DNA of 61,114 nt, filler included, from Barthelona sp. PAP020 (Eukaryota): the NCBI GenBank assembly GCA_040182905.1. It is 9 parts of 9 records of this genome, joined end to end, with 100 filler letters (N's around TTAATTAATTAA, not from the genome) between each part and the next. Parts side by side here need not be neighbours in the genome. Positions count along the whole stretch, not along the records: positions 54,500 to 61,114 come from JARQWU010000541.1; 8 more parts are not named here. One strand, 5' to 3'. A program made the translations under genes and the position numbers. The notes beneath the pieces are model-generated. The model was not told where the DNA came from and ran no database searches. It saw only the letters and a list, made by a program, of their open reading frames with translations. Of the stretch, positions 54,939 through 61,114 are shown in pieces; position 1 is the stretch's first letter, and each line of letters begins with the position of its first letter.

Positions 54939-57900
54939 ATGAAATTTTCTTCTTTAATAATTTTAATACTCTGGATTTTAACCACATCGCTTTGCCTTCA
55001 AATTAAAGAAGTTCGAACTTTGGGAAATGATGTAATCTTGTATGATTTTGAAAAGATATACAATATTAGTGTTTGGGATGCTGAAACATTTAATATAGAT
55101 TTTATATTCGAGGAATTACCAAATGATGGTGATATATTTATGATATATAATTCTTCATATAGTGAGATCGAAGTTTTTGATATTAATAAACAAGATTTAG
55201 GCTTTAATAAAATGAATGGTAAGTTTACTGTAAACAAACAGACAAAAGGATTAAGTATTACAATTTCTAAACAATCATTTGATGGTTATTGTTTGTTATT
55301 TAAAGTTAATGAACTTGATTCTGATGAACTTTTCACTAATCAAGAAGTTATATTGACTTCAATTATTCCTGACCTTAGCTTTTCATTAATAATATCAAAT
55401 TTTACGTTTGAAGTGATTGAAAATTGTTTTAAATTACAAACCGATCGATTATCATTGAATGTTAAAAATGTTTATGATAATTTTTCGCTAATAATCGGTG
55501 ATGAAATTGAGCGAAAGTATGATTGGTTATTTGAAGGATTAAAGGATGGTGAGGAACAAAAATGTTGCTTTTTGATTTTAAAAAAAAATGAAATTAGTAC
55601 TCAAAAAATCAAAAGCTCTTCTAACGATGAAAACGATGATTTACCGCATATTTTTGGTTGGGATGATAATTTTTTGTTAGATTTGTCATCAATAACAACA
55701 AAAAGAATATTTAAAAGAAATTTTGAAAAGGATCACATATTTTTCGAGAAATATTTATCATTTTGTTTGGATAATTTCTTTGATTCTGCTTCTGCCGTGA
55801 AACTCTATACAAGTTCATTTATTACCCCTGTTGAATTGGATTCTCAAAGATGCAAAAAATATTCTTTCACTAAACTTTCTAAAAATTCAATGGATACTTC
55901 TTATCTATTGAAAACTGATTCAGCCCCATATTTAGTTACCTCCAATGAGTGGTTTTTAGTTAAAGACTCCAATGTAAACCAGAAAATTTTTTCTACTTTT
56001 CTGCTGTCCCCTAATTCAATTAAAACGATTGCATTAAACTTTAACAATTATGGAGGTCAAATGATTTTACATAATGTTCATTGGATTCCCTTTATCTTCA
56101 AAACAAACATCAGTATTTATGCTGTTGATGAGATGTTTGGGTCTTCATATCTTTGGATAGATGAAGGAAAGGAGTCAACAAATATTCCCATTTTTTCCAC
56201 TGAACAAATAGATGAAAATACCTTTAATCAAGGTGTTAACCTGACAAAAGAAGCCTTAACCAGTGAAAACACCGATGATTCACATAAATTAGAATTTATA
56301 GATGGTGCTTCTCATATTTTTCAACCTTTAGCCACCAATATATCGGTCAGTATGGAATTATCATGGAATTTAGGGGATGAAAACGACTTCATTTATTATA
56401 TATCGATATTTCCATTATTTGAAGGAGATTTTGCTGGATTAACTCATGGATGTATTACTTTATTCGAAAATGACTTTATTAATCAAATGAAATGTCGTTT
56501 GGGAGAAGATACTATGACAGCCAATAGTTTACAATTCAAAATCATAGATAAGAAACTAACTAAGTTGGATATTTGGGGATTTATGAACATATTTATCGAA
56601 AAAGTTTCTTTGAATGATGTTGATTACATTAAAACTTTTGAGGAACTAGTAGATTGGGATCAAAAGCCATGCATTAAGTCTTACACCACTGATTACGAAT
56701 ATTATCAATATGATGATTTGCACTCAACCCAAAATTTTGTTCTCAGTGTGGTTTCACCCATTAAAATATTCGTGAATCATCGGAAAATCTATTATGGCCT
56801 GCCAACCAAAAAGTTACGTTTTTTTTATATTCAACAAAACGGTGAAGAAGATTATGATTTGGACAGATTAGCTACAGTCATCGATACTGAGTTTCAACCG
56901 GTATACGCCATTACAAATGTTATTTCTAGTATTGATGACAAGGAAACAGTGAATGGTGTTAATTCTGGGCCTGCTATTGAATTTAGAAATATCAAGGCAC
57001 CTGCTATAATTGAAATTACTTTCAACAACACATCTTTTTATAATGAAAGAAAACAGTTGATTGAAACAAAAACAAGTGATTTAAAATTGTTATTCTTTCT
57101 TGTAACTGTTTATTTTGATGAAAAAGCAAATAGACAGGGAACAATTTATTCATTACGTGATCAATCTGTTACTTTTGAAGTTAATAATACGGTGTATGGA
57201 GATGATAAAGCTAGACTGGGTGTTTTATCCATTGTTAGAGGGGCAACAAAAGGTGTTTATTTCAAGAATTCTGAAAATGATCTGTTTACTGAGCAAATTC
57301 CTATTGGTTACGAAGAGAGTAGTGATCTGATGCATTTTTTTCACTTGTCAAATTTAACAGTAAAGTTAGACTTTTATGTTGACATTCCTGGACTTGAAGA
57401 TTTCAGCTTTTTTTTCTATTATATGTTCTTTACCACCGGAAATATTGAATTCTTATCCCCACTTGACGCAAGTTTGATTGGTCAGTTTCTATATGATCGA
57501 AACACATTAAAAAATAATTTTTATAAATATATTTTCAGCCTAGATTCTGCTGACATCCAATATGTATTGTATGCTGGAAAGTCATTGCATGAGGGAATGT
57601 GTGAATATAATGAAGAAACAAATATTTATGCGTGTCTTCATCTTTTCTTTTCTTTTGAAATGGATTTAGAGGGTGAAATAGGGTCAACAGGTGTTGAAGA
57701 GATTACTAATGGCACGATAAAAATCAATAGTATGTTTGATAGTATTGTTGTAAAAGGAAAAACTAGCAGGCTGCAAGTGTCTGCTAACTATGGTGAAGAG
57801 TATTTTATTTACTATATTAAAGAAATAGCCGTTGATTTAGAGGTAATTTTTACTGGATATGATTATATAATTGAAGGACAAGTTCAACCAGTAACTGTAA

Positions 57901-60725
57901 CATTTAAAGTTTATGAAGATTCAATATTTACTCTTATTCAACATGTGGCAGGATCTTCAATTCCAACAAACTTTTTTTTGCGACAATTATTCACAAAAAA
58001 TAAGTTGTTTAAAGTGGTTGCTAGCAAATTGACCAATAAAAGAAATGCAAATTTTGGCGAATTTTATACAGTTATTAGAATTCCTGCCGGTAAATATTCA
58101 TTTTGGCTAGATGGTGTTAATTCACCTGCTGATACAAATTATTTTAAATTGTCAAGTGTCAATGCCAAATATTCTTATCCTTCTTTCAAATTTACCAATG
58201 TTTTTTGTCCTGGTGGATTAGTTTATAGTGGTATCTGTGAATATGTTGAAGGCATGAATAATATTCGTCAATTGACCCAATTGAACAATGTGGGTCATAG
58301 TAACGATATTATTGAATATCAATTTGAGGATAATCATGATTTTGTCTATTTTGGTGTTGAATCAACTGTAGAATACCTTGTGAAAGATTTTAAGTCCACT
58401 GGATTAACTTCTTATTTTTATATCTTTGATATAGGTAATGGCACCAATTGTAACAGTACTGTTGAATTTATTTATCAAACTGAAACACAATCTAAATATC
58501 CTATTGAGTTATCAATAGGAACTACACATCATACTATTTATTATCATACTGCAATGAAAGATTTTTCTTTCAAGCTCCCAAAAAATACATGTGTTTTGAG
58601 TATCAACAAGTTGTTACATTCAACTAGTGAATTTGCACTACGCTATTCAACAAAAACCAACATATTCAATTATCATTTTAGTCCTCAAGACCAAGAACTT
58701 TGTTTCATCAATTTTTTAAGCTCTTCAAAAGCTTTGTATAATGACAACTATAAAATTGTTGAAAAAATTGTCAATTTGGAGGTAATTCACCATAAGTTTG
58801 AAAAATTTGAAGAAATTGACCGTTTTCAATTGAGTGCCAATGCTTCAAATGAAAATCAACTTCAAACTTGTCATTATGAATCAACTGCTTCCACACAAAA
58901 AGTTTGTTACATTGTATTGGAATTAACAGAGCAAATCAATGATGAACAACTCAGTTTATTGGTTTTTCCAACTGAATTCACTGGAAGCTTAGAAATTGCT
59001 TTGATGAATTCGACAAATATTACGTCTGTTGGAATTGTTTCTACTGCAAATCAATATAATTTTCCTCTGCTTACTTCTCGAATGCAACTAACAGATTATT
59101 TAATTCTTAAAGTACCTTTTGGCAGTGTGTTTAATATATCTTTGACTATTATTGACCAATCTTTTCGTGTTATGGATAATGAAAATTCAGTGGAAGAATT
59201 GTTTGTCATTCCTTCCTATAATCATAGTAGTTTTGAAATAGCTTCCAATTACTTATATTTATTGGATATATCTTCTGAAAATAAAGATAACACAGCAAAT
59301 TTTTTCATTAAAGCTGCTAAAACAAGTGCAAATAATGAGTTTGAGCTTTATCAAAAAATATCCGATTTTGGTTTTGATATTTCTGCCAAAAATACGTACA
59401 CAAATTATTTAATGCTTCCATATTTTTCGTACACTTTTACAAATTCAAAAGAATCTGAATACCCTATTTGTTTGAAGTTTAAAAAGCTTGAATACAATTT
59501 TAACAAGTTCATTGCTTTAAAGAATGATGACATTATTGGTGAGAGTGGATTGTATCTTCATAATGACACAAATAAAATAATAGATATTAAACTAAAGTTT
59601 AATCCTTATGATCTCGTTGTATTCAACCCCTTTGTTGTCATGAAAACTGAAATTAATACCATTGTAACCAATGAAGATATTGTGTTTATTAACTCAAATA
59701 ATAACAAAATCTATACCTTTGGTGATTTCACTGTAAGTTTACAAAAAAGTTCAAATATCTTTTTGATTGAAAAATTTGAAACTTTGGAAAAATTCAATTT
59801 CGGTAAAAAGTATGGTTGTGATGAAAATTTCCAATTTTTAAAGTTCGAAAATAAGATTGACTATTTTTTAATTTCTTTTATTATTGATGATTATGTGCAC
59901 CATTTCATTCATCAAGGGTTTGAATTTGATTTGGGTGGTAATTTGATCTTCAATAATGTTGAAAAGAGTCAAAGTCCAAGTTTTTATGTAGAACGTTTAA
60001 CTGATACCATAACGTCTGAATTCTATTATTCTTATGCAACTAATTTAAAATCAATCGCTTATGATTTTGTGGTGAAGAATGAAGTGTATGAAACTAATTT
60101 TTTCGGTGATGTTGATGAAACTTTCAATATGCAAATAGATGACTCATTTAGTTATTTTATTCAAATATTTGGGACTGCTAGTTTTGTGTCTTGTATTTTT
60201 GATAATAAAGATGGTGAAATGGTGAAAAACTTTGTAACTGGGAATTCTGTTAGACTTTGGAAAGGTGGGTTAAGTTTTTTTATTGCTTCAGACACGTTGA
60301 AATCCTTTAAAATTACTCAACTAACCATCTCTTCAAAAAACAGTAAATTCAAAGTGTTACATACCAAACTTTCAAATGAAATTAATATTGTCACTCGTCA
60401 AGGTAACAATTATCAACTTATTGGTAATACAAATGTGATGTTGTGTGATTTTGCCACAAATTCTGAAGCATGTGGTTTTGAGCAATCAAGTCTTTTGGAT
60501 GATTTGCTACTCATTATCATTATTGGTTTTTTTGTTTTCTTGTTTTTGGGAATCATTATTTACACAATTGCCAAATTTAAAGAAGAAGAAAAAGAGGAAG
60601 ACTTCTTGAAAAAAGAAATGACCAGTTTTGACACTGTTAGTGCTGGAGATCCTTCTTTAAATTATTTATTTAGTCAAAACTCATTTGAAGAAGAAGAAGA
60701 AGAATCAAATAATATATTTTTATAA
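54939..60725 (+). CDS. Large type I membrane / surface protein (1928 aa), family unrecognised
   Basis: N-terminal signal peptide, about 1830-aa beta-rich ectodomain with many N-x-S/T sequons, one TM (LLLIIIIGFFVFLFLGIIIYTIA), short acidic cytosolic tail. Confidence 0.85.
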   Translation: MKFSSLIILILWILTTSLCLQIKEVRTLGNDVILYDFEKIYNISVWDAETFNIDFIFEELPNDGDIFMIYNSSYSEIEVFDINKQDLGFNKMNGKFTVNKQTKGLSITISKQSFDGYCLLFKVNELDSDELFTNQEVILTSIIPDLSFSLIISNFTFEVIENCFKLQTDRLSLNVKNVYDNFSLIIGDEIERKYDWLFEGLKDGEEQKCCFLILKKNEISTQKIKSSSNDENDDLPHIFGWDDNFLLDLSSITTKRIFKRNFEKDHIFFEKYLSFCLDNFFDSASAVKLYTSSFITPVELDSQRCKKYSFTKLSKNSMDTSYLLKTDSAPYLVTSNEWFLVKDSNVNQKIFSTFLLSPNSIKTIALNFNNYGGQMILHNVHWIPFIFKTNISIYAVDEMFGSSYLWIDEGKESTNIPIFSTEQIDENTFNQGVNLTKEALTSENTDDSHKLEFIDGASHIFQPLATNISVSMELSWNLGDENDFIYYISIFPLFEGDFAGLTHGCITLFENDFINQMKCRLGEDTMTANSLQFKIIDKKLTKLDIWGFMNIFIEKVSLNDVDYIKTFEELVDWDQKPCIKSYTTDYEYYQYDDLHSTQNFVLSVVSPIKIFVNHRKIYYGLPTKKLRFFYIQQNGEEDYDLDRLATVIDTEFQPVYAITNVISSIDDKETVNGVNSGPAIEFRNIKAPAIIEITFNNTSFYNERKQLIETKTSDLKLLFFLVTVYFDEKANRQGTIYSLRDQSVTFEVNNTVYGDDKARLGVLSIVRGATKGVYFKNSENDLFTEQIPIGYEESSDLMHFFHLSNLTVKLDFYVDIPGLEDFSFFFYYMFFTTGNIEFLSPLDASLIGQFLYDRNTLKNNFYKYIFSLDSADIQYVLYAGKSLHEGMCEYNEETNIYACLHLFFSFEMDLEGEIGSTGVEEITNGTIKINSMFDSIVVKGKTSRLQVSANYGEEYFIYYIKEIAVDLEVIFTGYDYIIEGQVQPVTVTFKVYEDSIFTLIQHVAGSSIPTNFFLRQLFTKNKLFKVVASKLTNKRNANFGEFYTVIRIPAGKYSFWLDGVNSPADTNYFKLSSVNAKYSYPSFKFTNVFCPGGLVYSGICEYVEGMNNIRQLTQLNNVGHSNDIIEYQFEDNHDFVYFGVESTVEYLVKDFKSTGLTSYFYIFDIGNGTNCNSTVEFIYQTETQSKYPIELSIGTTHHTIYYHTAMKDFSFKLPKNTCVLSINKLLHSTSEFALRYSTKTNIFNYHFSPQDQELCFINFLSSSKALYNDNYKIVEKIVNLEVIHHKFEKFEEIDRFQLSANASNENQLQTCHYESTASTQKVCYIVLELTEQINDEQLSLLVFPTEFTGSLEIALMNSTNITSVGIVSTANQYNFPLLTSRMQLTDYLILKVPFGSVFNISLTIIDQSFRVMDNENSVEELFVIPSYNHSSFEIASNYLYLLDISSENKDNTANFFIKAAKTSANNEFELYQKISDFGFDISAKNTYTNYLMLPYFSYTFTNSKESEYPICLKFKKLEYNFNKFIALKNDDIIGESGLYLHNDTNKIIDIKLKFNPYDLVVFNPFVVMKTEINTIVTNEDIVFINSNNNKIYTFGDFTVSLQKSSNIFLIEKFETLEKFNFGKKYGCDENFQFLKFENKIDYFLISFIIDDYVHHFIHQGFEFDLGGNLIFNNVEKSQSPSFYVERLTDTITSEFYYSYATNLKSIAYDFVVKNEVYETNFFGDVDETFNMQIDDSFSYFIQIFGTASFVSCIFDNKDGEMVKNFVTGNSVRLWKGGLSFFIASDTLKSFKITQLTISSKNSKFKVLHTKLSNEINIVTRQGNNYQLIGNTNVMLCDFATNSEACGFEQSSLLDDLLLIIIIGFFVFLFLGIIIYTIAKFKEEEKEEDFLKKEMTSFDTVSAGDPSLNYLFSQNSFEEEEEESNNIFL

Positions 60726-61017
60726 TTAAATGAAATTAAATTAAAATAAATAAAATTAAATAAATTAAAAAATATTTTTTTTTCAATTTTTAAATCTTTT
60801 TTAACTGATGTCTTTATTATTTAAATTAAACATTTTAAACTTTTCATATTTTTTAAAATTTATTGGATTTTTAAAGATTAGCTAAATGTTATCATTTTCT
60901 TTATCAAAATATTAAGAAGTTATATAGTTATGTATAGTCTGTAGGGTTGGATAAGAAACAACAAACAAAAAAGAAATACAATTTAGATAAAACAATTGTA
61001 GTCTTTTTTGAATGAAA

Positions 61018-61114
61018 TTGGTCCAGTTGTGAAACAACTATATTTATTTACAAAGAAAAAGTAATCAGAGAAAACTCATTTCATTAAATCTCAGCCACAG
61101 AAAATGAGTGGCTG
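61018..61114 (+). repeat. Dispersed repeat, module B/C at contig end
   Basis: Aligns to 13908-14013 through to AAATCTCAG...GAG.GG/A.CTG at the window end. Confidence 0.85.

Overview
This window is not one locus. It is nine contigs of decreasing length (6781, 6769, 6723, 6716, 6714, 6679, 6667, 6650 and 6615 nt) joined by artificial N44-TTAATTAATTAA-N44 spacers. The DNA is from a very AT-rich, gene-dense, flagellated microbial eukaryote (RSPH1, RSP4/6 and CASC1/DNAI7 axonemal genes) that uses the standard code. About 30 protein genes are visible, including VPS35, TRAPPC9, AP-2 alpha, NUP155, CK1, RFC4, QNG1, RUVBL1, TMEM208, RPLP2, TUL1-like, RalGAPA-like and an OST4-like small ORF that the ORF track misses. 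There are three tRNA genes: Ile-AAT, Ile-TAT and Ser-AGA. Seven tiny (37-46 nt) 5'-proximal spliceosomal introns, plus two candidates, were reconstructed by hand; they have GTAATT/GTTTGT/GTATTT-type donors and an ACTAAY branch site pressed against the AG. Most notable: all three tRNA genes carry an identical extra B-box-like 11-mer (GGATCGAGTCT) 27-28 nt past their 3' end. Two of them also have a shared dispersed repeat about 230-255 nt upstream in the same relative orientation, suggesting a tRNA-anchored Pol III/TFIIIC cassette or tRNA-targeted element. Also notable: a WDR43-like/DSP/gelsolin fusion, a catalytically erased CEPT homolog and a prenylated pseudokinase-ankyrin protein. All family assignments are from recalled motifs, not database searches.
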